Source of the DNA: Desulfobacterales bacterium | GTDB lineage: Bacteria; Desulfobacterota; Desulfobacteria; Desulfobacterales; UBA5616 | Length of the DNA stretch: 64,000 nt | Direction of reading: 5' to 3' | Assembly: GCA_046483495.1 (NCBI GenBank) | Contig: JAWODC010000009.1 | Coordinates: 32,001 to 96,000 of the forward strand | Shown here: positions 1-9,805 of the stretch, piece after piece | Layout: each line of letters opens with the position of its first letter | Numbering within the stretch: position 1 is the stretch's first letter | Program-made: the position numbers and the translations under genes | Notes under the pieces: model-generated | Databases searched by the model: none | The model's input: only the letters and a program-made list of their open reading frames with translations | What the model was told of the DNA's origin: nothing

Positions 1-258
1 GGCCCGACACCGAACATCTTAGAAGCCCTGGCGGAGTTTTTTTCGTTTTTGGAGGATAACCGCATCATCGTGCGGGACCTTCGCAGCGGCAATCTGGTTG
101 TTAAAACAAGTGAATCCCTGCGCATCTACATGATCGACGGCATCGGCAATTCGGATTTCATTCCGATTGCAAATGTCAGCAAAACGTGGGCCGGAATCAA
201 AATTCGGCGCAATATTGCGGCCTTCCGGCGTAAGTTGGGATCGTTTAGATCGTTATGA
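1..258 (+). CDS. YrbL-like (kinase-fold) protein, 5'-truncated by window edge
   Basis: Frame is open from base 1. IIVRDLRSGNLVV and MIDGIGNSDFIP resemble the YrbL family C-terminus. Lies in an LPS cluster. Confidence 0.6.
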   Translation, partial: GPTPNILEALAEFFSFLEDNRIIVRDLRSGNLVVKTSESLRIYMIDGIGNSDFIPIANVSKTWAGIKIRRNIAAFRRKLGSFRSL

Positions 259-345
259 TCGTTAGGATCGTTGGGATCGTTGGGATCGTTGGAATCGTTG
301 GGATCGTTTTAAAACGCTCCAAACGCTCTAAACGATCCCAACGCT
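238..345. repeat. Inverted 9-mer tandem array, (GGATCGTTN)n followed by (NAACGATCC)n-like units
   Basis: About 8 GGATCGTTN-type units followed by about 4 reverse-complement units. Related to 14829-14943. Confidence 0.9.
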
Positions 346-363
346 CAAAACGGATTGGAAGTC

Positions 364-1485
364 ATGAATAAAAACGTTGTCAATATTTGTTTTTTCAACA
401 GCCGCGTGGCGTGGGGAGGGGGAGAGAAGTGGAATTACGACATGGCCGTGCGCATGCATGAAGACGGGTTCAACACCTTTGTGATTGCAGGGAAAAACAG
501 CGAATTTTCAAAACGGCTGACAAAGACCCCCGTTCCGTTTGGCACCGTACGTGTATCCAACCTGACCTTTTTGAATCTGTTTAAAATTTACAAGGTACGC
601 AGCATGTTAGGGCGGAACACCGTCGATGTCATTATTCTGAATCTTTCCGAAGATATTAAATTGGCCGGCATTGCTGCAAGGCTTGCAGGGGTCAGGCATA
701 TTATTTACAGCAGGGGAATTGCCTCCCCCATAAAGAACAGCCTTTCGAACCGCTTGTTGTTCAAGCATATCGTAACGGAGATACTGACAAATTCCCAAGA
801 GACCAAACGCACGATCCTGCAAAACAATCCTTCTCTCTTTCCCAAACACAAAATCAAGGTCAACTATCTTGGGATTTCCACTGACAGGTCATGTGAAGAT
901 CGATCATGTGAACCGAACCCTTTTCATTTTCATAGAGAGCATGAAGATGAAATCCTACTCGGAAACGCGGGGCGGTTGGTTGCTCAAAAAGGCCAGAAAT
1001 ATTTAATTGAAACAGCAAAAAAGCTCAAGGCGCACCGCATCCCATTCAAGCTTCTGATAGCCGGTGAAGGTAAGGGGCTCGGCGAACTGAAACGGCTTGC
1101 TGATGAGCATGGCGTTTCCGACAGCGTTGTATTTTTGGGATTTGTTGAGCATATCGATGGGTTTATGGATGCCATAGACATATTCCTGCTGCCGTCCTTG
1201 TGGGAGGGCTTTGGATATGTCATCGTGGAGGCCATGTCGGCCGGGAAACCCGTGATTGCGTTTAACCGGAGCAGCAACCCGGAAGTCATCGAAAATGGTG
1301 AAACCGGGTATCTCATCGATGATATGAGCATCGATGCCTTTGCCGAAAAGATTGAATTTTTGGCAACGAACAAGGATATCAGGGAGACGATGGGTTCGGA
1401 GGGAAAGAAACGAGCGGAAAAATATTTCGATATCAATGTAAGTTATCGTAATTTTAAAGATTATATTTTATCTTTGGATGACTGA
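364..1485 (+). CDS. GT4 family glycosyltransferase (LPS core)
   Basis: WGGGEK N-terminal loop, GRLVAQKG, and the PSLWEGFGYVIVEAM ExxxxxxxE signature. Confidence 0.92.
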   Translation: MNKNVVNICFFNSRVAWGGGEKWNYDMAVRMHEDGFNTFVIAGKNSEFSKRLTKTPVPFGTVRVSNLTFLNLFKIYKVRSMLGRNTVDVIILNLSEDIKLAGIAARLAGVRHIIYSRGIASPIKNSLSNRLLFKHIVTEILTNSQETKRTILQNNPSLFPKHKIKVNYLGISTDRSCEDRSCEPNPFHFHREHEDEILLGNAGRLVAQKGQKYLIETAKKLKAHRIPFKLLIAGEGKGLGELKRLADEHGVSDSVVFLGFVEHIDGFMDAIDIFLLPSLWEGFGYVIVEAMSAGKPVIAFNRSSNPEVIENGETGYLIDDMSIDAFAEKIEFLATNKDIRETMGSEGKKRAEKYFDINVSYRNFKDYILSLDD

Positions 1486-1496
1486 CGAAAAAAATT

Positions 1497-2252
1497 ATGG
1501 AAAAGCTGACTGCAATTATTCCGACGAAAAATGAAGAAGACAACATCGAAGGGGTTCTAAAATCCGTATCATTTGCCGATGAAGTTATGGTGGTCGATTC
1601 CTTCAGCACGGACAAAACGCTGGAGCTTGCAAAAAAATATACGGATTTTATCATTCAGCGTGAATACCAATACTCGGCATCCCAGAAAAACTGGGCCATT
1701 CCCCGGGCATCGAATCAATGGATACTTTTAGTGGATGCTGATGAACGGGTTACGCCGGAACTAAAATCGGAAATTCAAGCGGTTCTCAAAAGCAATACCG
1801 ACAAATCCGCATTTTGGATTCATCGCAAAAATGCTTTTATGGGGAAACCTGTAAGGTTCAGCGGATGGCAAAATGACAAGGTCATACGTCTTTTTAAGAG
1901 GGATAGCTGCCGCTATGAAGACAAGCATGTTCACGCGGAGATCAAGACCCAGGGCAAAATCGGAAAATTAAAACAACCTCTTATTCATAACACCTATAAA
2001 AGCCTGAAAACGTACCTGGTGAAAATCGATCGGTATACGACATGGAGCGCTTATGACAGGGTTCATAAGACAAAGAATATCAATTTCTTTCATTTAGCCG
2101 TCAAACCCATGTACCGTTTTTTTTCGCATTATATATTAAGGTTGGGCTTCCTGGACGGAAAAACAGGTTTTGTCATTTCAGTATTTTCCGCGTACTCGGT
2201 ATTTTTACGATCGTTGAAGGTGATGCAGATCAAAAAAAATGAAGCTGTATGA
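1497..2252 (+). CDS. GT2 family glycosyltransferase (KdtX/WaaE/LgtF-like)
   Basis: IIPTKNEE, VVDSFSTDKT, LVDADER, LGFLDG motifs. Confidence 0.9.
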   Translation: MEKLTAIIPTKNEEDNIEGVLKSVSFADEVMVVDSFSTDKTLELAKKYTDFIIQREYQYSASQKNWAIPRASNQWILLVDADERVTPELKSEIQAVLKSNTDKSAFWIHRKNAFMGKPVRFSGWQNDKVIRLFKRDSCRYEDKHVHAEIKTQGKIGKLKQPLIHNTYKSLKTYLVKIDRYTTWSAYDRVHKTKNINFFHLAVKPMYRFFSHYILRLGFLDGKTGFVISVFSAYSVFLRSLKVMQIKKNEAV

Positions 2253-2312
2253 CATCCGCCTGCTATACGCATCCATGCTTCTCATAACGTGTTCCGCGAC
2301 TATTTTTTATAA

Positions 2313-3842
2313 ATGATTCCTGCTGACAATTTGAAAAAACAATTGGAAACCACACTTAGAAAAATAAAATGGCGTTATATTTCGCCCAGCGGACGGGTGT
2401 GGCTTCAACGCTTTTTGAATGAAAATGATGAGCTCCATCCCATCAAAACAATTACCCACCGTTCGATTTACCGCCACTCATCAAAGGTATTCAGCAAACA
2501 TTATACTTACAAGGGCTTACGATCCCTCTATAAATCCTTTTCAGGGGGCAACGCCAATAATGAGGGGCGATTGACGCTTGAAATCCAGAAAAAGGGCATT
2601 CCGGTGCCTGAAGTTTTGGCTTTTGGGTCGATTGCATCAGGCGGTCTGATTCGTGAGGATATTTTCGTGTCAAAGGAGGTTCCTGACGCCTGTACACTGG
2701 CGAAGTTTTTTCATGATGAATTTCAGGAGATGGATTCTTCTGAAAAAAAAGAATGGATTGAGAAGTTCGCGCGATTTACGGCAAATCTGACGGAACATGG
2801 GATTTATCATACGGACTTTTATTTCAACAATGTGCTTGTCGGCGGCAACGAAAAAGATTTCTTTATATTGGATCTCAAAGAGGTGCGTCTCTTTTCCAAA
2901 CCGGTATCCCGGAGAAAAAGAGCTAAACAGCTTGGTATTCTTCATGCAAAATATTTTACCGCGTTCAGCCGCAATGACTGTTTCAGGTTCCTGAACGCGT
3001 ACATGCCCGGGGCTCAAAAAAAGGAAAAAAGGAAGTTTGTCGCACAGATCGACAAGGAATTGTGCAAATACGTCCACACACATTCACAATCGCGATCGAG
3101 GCAAAGCATTTCCACCAATTCGCGATTTTCCAAGGAAACGGCTGATGGTCTGACCGTATACCGAAAGAGACAATCGCAATTGAATCGCGGGATATCAACG
3201 ATTTTCCAAAAGCAGTTGCCGGCACTGAAATCGTCGGGCAAGTGTCAAAAAGACAAACCTTTTCGAATCGGCAACACGTTGTACCGTATCGATAAAGTCG
3301 TGAAGTTATCCTTGCCTGATCGTTTAAGGCTTTTTGCCGGCAGCAAGGAAAAAAGGGTGTGGAAAAACATATGGAGGATTCCCTTTCAGCAGATACCGAT
3401 CCAAGGTCCTGAGATGATGGTCGTTTTAAAAAAAAATAGCTTCATGCACCCGGCTTATATCGTCTCGGAATATCACCCGAAAGCAACCCTGTTTCGTGAG
3501 TACTGCAACCAAACGGACAAAAATCAAAGAATTCAACTGCTTGCGAAACTGGGGAAGTTGTTGGGAAATATGCATCATTTCGGTGTGATACATAATGATC
3601 TGAAATCGTCGAATATCGTGATAACCGAAGATGGAAACATTTGCCTGAAAGGATTTATGCACATCAAAAAGCACAAATCAGCCTCCATTAAAAAAGCTCG
3701 AAAGGATTTGTGCGTATTTCTCGAGGAAATCGAATCGTATCGGCTGGATAACGAAGAGAAGTCCGTATTTATAAATACCTGGAAAAAATGGGCCGGGTTT
3801 GACGATCCGGCTTTCGGCACTTTTCCAAAAGCAGCGGTTTAG
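2313..3842 (+). CDS. LPS kinase (Kdo/WaaP/InaA) family protein with two tandem kinase-like domains
   Basis: GIPVPEVLAFG and IYHTDFYFNNVLV..FILDL in domain 1; VIHNDLKSSNIV in domain 2. Confidence 0.8.
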   Translation: MIPADNLKKQLETTLRKIKWRYISPSGRVWLQRFLNENDELHPIKTITHRSIYRHSSKVFSKHYTYKGLRSLYKSFSGGNANNEGRLTLEIQKKGIPVPEVLAFGSIASGGLIREDIFVSKEVPDACTLAKFFHDEFQEMDSSEKKEWIEKFARFTANLTEHGIYHTDFYFNNVLVGGNEKDFFILDLKEVRLFSKPVSRRKRAKQLGILHAKYFTAFSRNDCFRFLNAYMPGAQKKEKRKFVAQIDKELCKYVHTHSQSRSRQSISTNSRFSKETADGLTVYRKRQSQLNRGISTIFQKQLPALKSSGKCQKDKPFRIGNTLYRIDKVVKLSLPDRLRLFAGSKEKRVWKNIWRIPFQQIPIQGPEMMVVLKKNSFMHPAYIVSEYHPKATLFREYCNQTDKNQRIQLLAKLGKLLGNMHHFGVIHNDLKSSNIVITEDGNICLKGFMHIKKHKSASIKKARKDLCVFLEEIESYRLDNEEKSVFINTWKKWAGFDDPAFGTFPKAAV

Positions 3843-4116
3843 CCGTTCGCCTGCGTCGACCGAACTCGCTGAAAAAGTATGCCGACAGCAGCGCCGGCAG
3901 AAAAGCCGCCAATGTAAGCCTTTCCTTTCGGATTGGATTTTCGGCGAAAAAAAAGGATTTGCCATTGCAGGCTATTCCGGGTATTCGGTATTTTAAAATG
4001 AAGTGTTTTTTCGGCTTTATTAGGGAAGAACAGAGCGGTTTGGGCCCGAGAAAAGGGATTTGGATTGGATTTTTCAACGAACCGCTCTGCCCTTCGATAT
4101 CGACGCCGAAAAGTTG

Positions 4117-5115
4117 ATGTTTACATCTTATGCGGCCGAAAAAGGGCGAAGACCTGTGAGAAGGGACGGAGGTAAAGAAAAGGCGGCGACCAAACCGCTG
4201 CTGTCTGCGAAGGGCGTTGCCTTAGGAAGACTGCTCGGCGGCATGGTGTATAGGTTGGACCCCCGGTACAAACACATCGTGAAGCAAAACCTGCAGTTTG
4301 CATTTCCACGAATGCCGGATCATCTCATAAACCGGGCGGCCCTTGGGGTATACCAACAGTTCGGACTCACGCTTGTTGAGCTTCTGAAAATGGCGGCGAT
4401 TTCCCGGGGAGATATTCTGTGCGCCGTGAAAATTCGTGGTCGGGAACACCTGGAGAAAGCGATCGGGCAGGGCGGTGGATTTATCTTTTTTTCCGCCCAC
4501 GTCGGTAACTGGGAAATGGCCCACCTGTTCGCCTCCGTGCTGATCGATGCGGATCTGGCGCTGGTGGCCAAAAAGCTCCCCCACAAAACGCTGAATACCT
4601 ATATCAATCGGCTGCGGTCCAAGTTCGGCAACCGCGTTATCACTAAGAAAGGCGCACTCCCGCACATGTCCCGCGCCCTGAGAAATAAAAAAATCGTTGG
4701 TTTGCTCATCGATCAGGAAACCCGAAACTCGGAGGCCGTGCAGGTCGAATTTTTCAATAAAACCGTCAATGCCACCCCTTCGGCGGCGATGCTGGCCAGG
4801 CGCTACGGCTGCCCGGTGCTGCCGGTTTTCTGCGTCAGGGAAAAGAATTTTCGGCAGCACGTGCTGGTGGTGAGGCCGCCGATGAATCTCGTCAGGACAA
4901 AGGATATTCACGAAGATGTCCGGATGAACACGCAGATGATGACCGATGAGATCGAAAGCATCGTGAGGATGTATCCCACCCAGTGGTTTTGGTTTCACAA
5001 GCGGTGGAAGCGCCACTATCCCCATCTGTACCAACGCGAAATCGCCCGCAACCATCGTCGGGAAAAAAAGAAAAGGGCGGGGCTTTCAAAGCCGGATTTC
5101 TTAAAGGATGCATAA
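4117..5115 (+). CDS. lpxL: Lipid A late acyltransferase (LpxL/HtrB family); start uncertain
   Basis: SAHVGNWE (HxxxxE), LLIDQ, FF, and the C-terminal PTQWFWFHKRWK motif. Confidence 0.85.
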   Translation: MFTSYAAEKGRRPVRRDGGKEKAATKPLLSAKGVALGRLLGGMVYRLDPRYKHIVKQNLQFAFPRMPDHLINRAALGVYQQFGLTLVELLKMAAISRGDILCAVKIRGREHLEKAIGQGGGFIFFSAHVGNWEMAHLFASVLIDADLALVAKKLPHKTLNTYINRLRSKFGNRVITKKGALPHMSRALRNKKIVGLLIDQETRNSEAVQVEFFNKTVNATPSAAMLARRYGCPVLPVFCVREKNFRQHVLVVRPPMNLVRTKDIHEDVRMNTQMMTDEIESIVRMYPTQWFWFHKRWKRHYPHLYQREIARNHRREKKKRAGLSKPDFLKDA

Positions 5116-6607
5116 GGCATTTGAACATGTAAACTGGCGTTACACGGCATGCAGCCATCCAAGTGTAGGAGACCTGTTCAGCGGGCACAAGGCCGAATTG
5201 ACACCGGTCAAGATTTCCCCAAGGCGTTGTGTATACCGCCACCCCCACGGCTTCTACCTCAAATGGATGAAATACCGGGGGGTAAAGTCCACTTTCAAAT
5301 CCGTGTTGGGAGGAGGTGCGTCAAGAGAAAAGCGGCTGTATTCGGCTTTGGCCCGCCGCGGTGTGCCGGTTCCTGAATTATTTGCCCTGGGCGATTATGC
5401 ATCGGCAGGAATTTACGGCGAAGTCCTGGTGACGCGCGAAGTGCGCGACGCATTGACCTTGCAGATCTTTATTCATACGGAATACCAGCGGCTTGCCCCC
5501 GCCCGAAAGCGCGGTCTTGTCAAAGCATTCGCCTTGTTTGTGCGGATGCTTTTCGAACAAGGGGTATATCACCGGGATTTTCACCTGAATAATGTGCTCG
5601 TCCGGATGGGTGCCGGCGATGTCCAATTCTGGATGCTGGACGTGACGGAGGTCGTTCTTTTTTCCCGTCCGATGCCTTGGAAGAAAAGAGTGCGGATTCT
5701 CGGGCTGGTTTTGTCAAAATGTTGGTTCTTGGTGAGCCGAAGCGTCCGTTTCAGGTTTCTCCGCTATCTGGTCCCTCAGTGCAGCCGAGCGGAACGGGCC
5801 CGAATGACCCGGGACATCGGATGTGAGGCGTGCAAGTGCATCCATGCCGCCTCCCAGCACAGGTCGAGATACAGCGTCTTTACCAATTCGCAATTTTATA
5901 AAGAAAAGGCCGGACGGATGAAACTATACCGGAAGCGCCGTATTCGTCTCGATATCGAAAAACCGGACGTGTTGTTCAGGGCGACGGCCGAAAACGACCA
6001 AAAATGTCTCATGTCCGGCAAAATCGACATCGACGGGAAAGCCTACGGCATCGAAAAGTTTTCGACCCGGTCCTTTTGGGATGGCGTTTTAAACGTCTTC
6101 GGCTGGAGCAGGGGGAAGGCCAAATGGAAGAATGCGTGCCGGTTTCCGGTTCAGGTCGTCCAGGCGCCGGACCCCCTGATGATGATTCGTGTGAGAGACG
6201 GCCTGTTCAAGGAGACAGCCTTTTTGGTGTCATCCTGTATCTCGGAAGTGCTGCCGTTGGATGAATACTGGCGGTGCATACGTGCAGACGAAAAAAAAAG
6301 GCTAAGCGCCAGGTTGGGTATGGTGATCGGAACGCTTTATTTTTTCGGCGTTTTGCACCGGCAGTTGAGCTTGTCGCATATTGGGGTGTGCCGTGGACAG
6401 TTGCATGGGAGCATTGTTATTCGGGGCATCCAGGACTTTCACAAACGAAATCGGATAAACGTTTTTGCAGCTAAAAAAAACATCACGGCGTTTCTCGATG
6501 AAATGAAACGAAACGGCGCCGACCCGAAGGAGATGCAGATACTGAAAAACTGCTTGGGCAAATGGGCCGGATTGGGCCTGAGGGGAGGTTTTGAAACCAC
6601 TTATTAG
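5108..6607 (+). CDS. LPS kinase (Kdo/WaaP) family protein, paralogue of 2313-3842
   Basis: GVPVPELFALG and VYHRDFHLNNVLV..WMLDV. Same two-domain layout, ending near the same KWAG motif. Confidence 0.8.
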   Translation: MHKAFEHVNWRYTACSHPSVGDLFSGHKAELTPVKISPRRCVYRHPHGFYLKWMKYRGVKSTFKSVLGGGASREKRLYSALARRGVPVPELFALGDYASAGIYGEVLVTREVRDALTLQIFIHTEYQRLAPARKRGLVKAFALFVRMLFEQGVYHRDFHLNNVLVRMGAGDVQFWMLDVTEVVLFSRPMPWKKRVRILGLVLSKCWFLVSRSVRFRFLRYLVPQCSRAERARMTRDIGCEACKCIHAASQHRSRYSVFTNSQFYKEKAGRMKLYRKRRIRLDIEKPDVLFRATAENDQKCLMSGKIDIDGKAYGIEKFSTRSFWDGVLNVFGWSRGKAKWKNACRFPVQVVQAPDPLMMIRVRDGLFKETAFLVSSCISEVLPLDEYWRCIRADEKKRLSARLGMVIGTLYFFGVLHRQLSLSHIGVCRGQLHGSIVIRGIQDFHKRNRINVFAAKKNITAFLDEMKRNGADPKEMQILKNCLGKWAGLGLRGGFETTY

Positions 6608-6625
6608 GCAGGAAGGATTTGTATT

Positions 6626-6799
6626 ATGGCCATCAATTCCGAGTTGCTGAACATATTGGCATGCCCGAAGTGCAAGGGCGGACTGCGCCTGAATAATGAG
6701 AAAAACGGGCTGATTTGTGACAATTGCAAACTGCTGTACGAAATTCGGGATGATATTCCGATCATGCTGATCGACGAGGCGAAACCCATCGCATCATAG
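6626..6799 (+). CDS. Trm112/YcaR family small protein (57 aa, not in ORF track)
   Basis: My translation is MAINSELLNILACPKCKGGLRLNNEKNGLICDNCKLLYEIRDDIPIMLIDEAKPIAS. Has the LACP..CK and YEIRDDIPIML signatures and a GGAAGGA SD. Confidence 0.92.
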   Translation: MAINSELLNILACPKCKGGLRLNNEKNGLICDNCKLLYEIRDDIPIMLIDEAKPIAS

Positions 6800-6808
6800 G
6801 CGGTAACG

Positions 6809-7348
6809 ATGAGCATCCCATCCCCCCCCGTGCCTGCCAAGCTGGTAATCGGCATTCTGCTGCAAGAGCAGTCCCCGGCGGCAGCGGTCATTGCCGCTAT
6901 GGAGGCTGAATTCGGCTCCCTGGATATCGTCAGCCGGTGGTTTGCCTTTGATTACACCCGATATTACGATGAGGAAATGGGGAGCGGGCTTAAGAGACGA
7001 ATGATGTCGTTCGAGCGGTTAATCCAACAGGACGATTTGCCGGACATCAAGCGGTTTACGAATGATATTGAAAATCGTTATGCGATAAGCGGTGCACGGC
7101 GGGTCAATATCGATCCCGGATACCTGGTGCCGGAGCGCTTCGTTCTGGCGACCGGAAAGAATTTTACGCACCGGGTATATTTGGCAAAGGGCATTTATGC
7201 GGATTTGACCTTGATTTTTTCAAAAGGCCGATTTCAGACGCTGCCCTGGACCTACCCGGATTATGCGGACGGGGATATTCAGCGGTTCTTGATGAAGGTT
7301 CGGGAAAAGTATAAGGTGGATGTCAAAAGGGCGGGTTATGGGGTATAG
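6809..7348 (+). CDS. DUF4416 family protein
   Basis: TRYYDEEMG, RRVNIDPGY, LATGKNFTHRVYL..GIYADLTL, PWTYPDY. Confidence 0.8.
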   Translation: MSIPSPPVPAKLVIGILLQEQSPAAAVIAAMEAEFGSLDIVSRWFAFDYTRYYDEEMGSGLKRRMMSFERLIQQDDLPDIKRFTNDIENRYAISGARRVNIDPGYLVPERFVLATGKNFTHRVYLAKGIYADLTLIFSKGRFQTLPWTYPDYADGDIQRFLMKVREKYKVDVKRAGYGV

Positions 7349-7762
7349 GCGATAGGCTATGGGTGATGGGTGAGGGGTTATGGGTGATGGGTGATGGGCG
7401 ATGGACTATGGGTGAGGATCGGTTCTGATTTAAGAAAAGCATTCGGTGTCGGGATCGAAATCGGTATCGGTATCGGTATCGAAATTTGAAAAAGAAAAAA
7501 ACCGATCCCGATCCCGATTTCGATTTTGATGAGAAGAGAGTGTAGAAGGTAAAATCTACGGAGAAGCCGGTTATTTTTGACCAAGCAACAAACCGTGAGC
7601 AAAGCGAACGGCAATTTTATTTACTTGTTGAAAATTAAGTTATTACGATCAATGGACTGGCGGCGCAACAACTCTCCTTCACCCCTGGAGGGGGAAGGCC
7701 GGGATGGGGGGGAATAAAGACCCGATCCACACCCATAACCCATAACCCAAAACCCAAAACAA
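7335..7762. repeat. Composite intergenic cassette: (ATGGGTK)n left array, inner palindrome, shared ~170 bp unit, (ACCCATA)n right array
   Basis: Heptamer arrays at 7335-7415 and 7730-7760 are mutually inverted. 7580-7750 is near-identical to 13818-13990. Confidence 0.85.
7443..7530. repeat. Hexamer (ATCGNN)n inverted array with A-rich loop
   Basis: ATCGGT/ATCGAA units, a GAAAAAGAAAAAAA loop, then CCGATC/TCGATT units. Second copy at 30722-30790. Confidence 0.88.
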
Positions 7763-7770
7763 GGAAAACC

Positions 7771-8655
7771 ATGATCAAAAGCATGACAGGATACGCCGTG
7801 TCCGATGTGGAGAGGGACGGGATTTCGGTGAGCATCGAAATCCGGTCATACAACAGCCGGCATTTGGATCCGGTGGTGCGCCTGCCGTATGGATACACGG
7901 TCCTGGAACAGCACATCAAGGCAATCGTTCCGGAACATATCACCCGGGGGCGGGTTGAGATCGCCGTTCGAATTAAGGATGAATCGGAGGAGGCGTTCCG
8001 GTTCGACGTGAATGGGGTAAAAGCGAAGGCGTATTACAAGGCGCTTTGTGCGTTGAATGAAGAGCTTGGAATGGATGAACGGCCGAGCCTTGATATGGTC
8101 TTAAAGGCAGGGGACATCCTGGTGCCCGCGGAGGTAGGTGACCTCATCATGGAAAAAACCTGGCCCGCCGTTGAAGTGTGTTTACGTGATGCCTTCGAAA
8201 AACATAACCACGCCCGCGAAAAAGAAGGTGAATTTATGTATCGTGATTTCGACGGTCGGCTGGCGGTTCTCACAGATGTTATCGATCGAATCGAAGAGTC
8301 GACAGGCGGTCTTTTGACAGCGTACCAGGAGCGCCTTAAAAATAGAATCGCAGCGCTGACCGGGGGAATGGTAGAGATCGATCCGGCAAGGATAAGCCAG
8401 GAGGCCGCCTTTCTTGCCGATAAAAGTGATATATCGGAAGAAATCACCCGGGCGAAAAGCCACGTGAACCAATTTAAGTCATTGATGGATTCCGATGAAC
8501 CGGCAGGGCGGAATCTGAATTTTTTATTGCAGGAGGTCAATCGCGAATTCAATACGATGGGGTCGAAAGCGCAGAGTGCGGATATTGCGCACATGGTTGT
8601 CGTCGTCAAAACAGAGCTGGAGAAAATCAGGGAGCAGGTTCAGAATATCGAATAA
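7771..8655 (+). CDS. yicC: YicC/YloC family endoribonuclease
   Basis: MIKSMTGYA start, DISEEITR, FLLQEVNREFNTMGSK, C-terminal EKIREQVQNIE. Confidence 0.95.
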   Translation: MIKSMTGYAVSDVERDGISVSIEIRSYNSRHLDPVVRLPYGYTVLEQHIKAIVPEHITRGRVEIAVRIKDESEEAFRFDVNGVKAKAYYKALCALNEELGMDERPSLDMVLKAGDILVPAEVGDLIMEKTWPAVEVCLRDAFEKHNHAREKEGEFMYRDFDGRLAVLTDVIDRIEESTGGLLTAYQERLKNRIAALTGGMVEIDPARISQEAAFLADKSDISEEITRAKSHVNQFKSLMDSDEPAGRNLNFLLQEVNREFNTMGSKAQSADIAHMVVVVKTELEKIREQVQNIE

Positions 8656-8736
8656 TCGGGGCCGCCTGATCGATTTATAAGGTCCGGATAAGGACAGTTG
8701 CAATTCAAACGAAATCGAAGCCGGAGAGGACACTGT

Positions 8737-9003
8737 ATGGAAAAGCATTTGTTGAATATCGGATTCGGCAGCACAGTCGTCGCGGGGCGGGTGCTTGCTA
8801 TCGTGGCCCCTAATTCCGCGCCCATGAAGCGCATGAAGGATGAGGCGAAAAGTGAAAGGCGTCTGATCGACGCTACGCACGGCCGGAGGACGCGTGCCAT
8901 TATCGTATTGGACAGCAACCATGTGGTGCTGTCCGCCATACAGGCGGAGACCCTCTCCCAGCGATATATCGAACTGATCAGATCCATGGAGAACGCCCGA
9001 TGA
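8737..9003 (+). CDS. remA: RemA/DUF370 family protein
   Basis: [35 protein letters not shown]; conserved yicC-remA-gmk synteny. Confidence 0.9.
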   Translation: MEKHLLNIGFGSTVVAGRVLAIVAPNSAPMKRMKDEAKSERRLIDATHGRRTRAIIVLDSNHVVLSAIQAETLSQRYIELIRSMENAR

Positions 9004-9623
9004 CGGGAAAAACACCGGGGCCGGAAATTGACCGCAGCCGGCCGGGCGGTTCGCCGCAAGGCCGGCTTTTCGTTATTTCTGCGCCTTCCGGGGCCGGAAA
9101 AACCACGCTTTGCCGGGTTCTGCTGGAACATTTTCCGGATATGGTGTATTCGGTTTCCGCCACCACGCGAAAGCCCCGGAAGGAGGAAACGCATGGTGTG
9201 GACTATTTTTTCATCAGCCGGGAGGAATTCGAGGAAAAGATCCGACAGCAAAAATGGGCGGAATGGGCGCGTGTCCATGATCATTATTACGGCACATCGG
9301 TTGAATGTATCGAAAGGCACATTGCACAGGGGGAAAACGTCCTCTTGGATATCGATGTCCAGGGAACGAGGCAGATTCTGCGCCGATATCCGGACAGCAT
9401 CACCATTTTTATATTGCCTCCCAGCATTGAGGCGTTGCGGGAGCGGATGGTCAAGCGGGGAACGGATGATTTCGAGGTCATCGAGAAGCGGATGCAGAGC
9501 GCGAAAGAAGAAATGGCTCAGAAGGATATGTACCGGCATGTAATCGTCAACGACACGTTGGAGGATGCCGCCGCTGAATTGATTTCGCTGGTAAAATCCT
9601 ATTTGGTGCCCATGCGGAAATGA
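9000..9623 (+). CDS. gmk: Guanylate kinase
   Basis: [11 protein letters not shown]-loop, [25 protein letters not shown]. Confidence 0.97.
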   Translation: MTGKTPGPEIDRSRPGGSPQGRLFVISAPSGAGKTTLCRVLLEHFPDMVYSVSATTRKPRKEETHGVDYFFISREEFEEKIRQQKWAEWARVHDHYYGTSVECIERHIAQGENVLLDIDVQGTRQILRRYPDSITIFILPPSIEALRERMVKRGTDDFEVIEKRMQSAKEEMAQKDMYRHVIVNDTLEDAAAELISLVKSYLVPMRK

Positions 9624-9805
9624 GAAAATTCGATTCCGTTCAAGGCGGCCGGAAAATGATAACCGCAGGAAACTCGACGTACTCAGAGAATGCAGACTTT
9701 CGCCGGCGGCAGAAACGGAGTGATCAGCCGTTTCGGAATGGGCGCTGGTTGAACCAAAACGGTTACGATGGTGATCCACCGATGGTAAAGAAAGCAGACT
9801 GGTAA

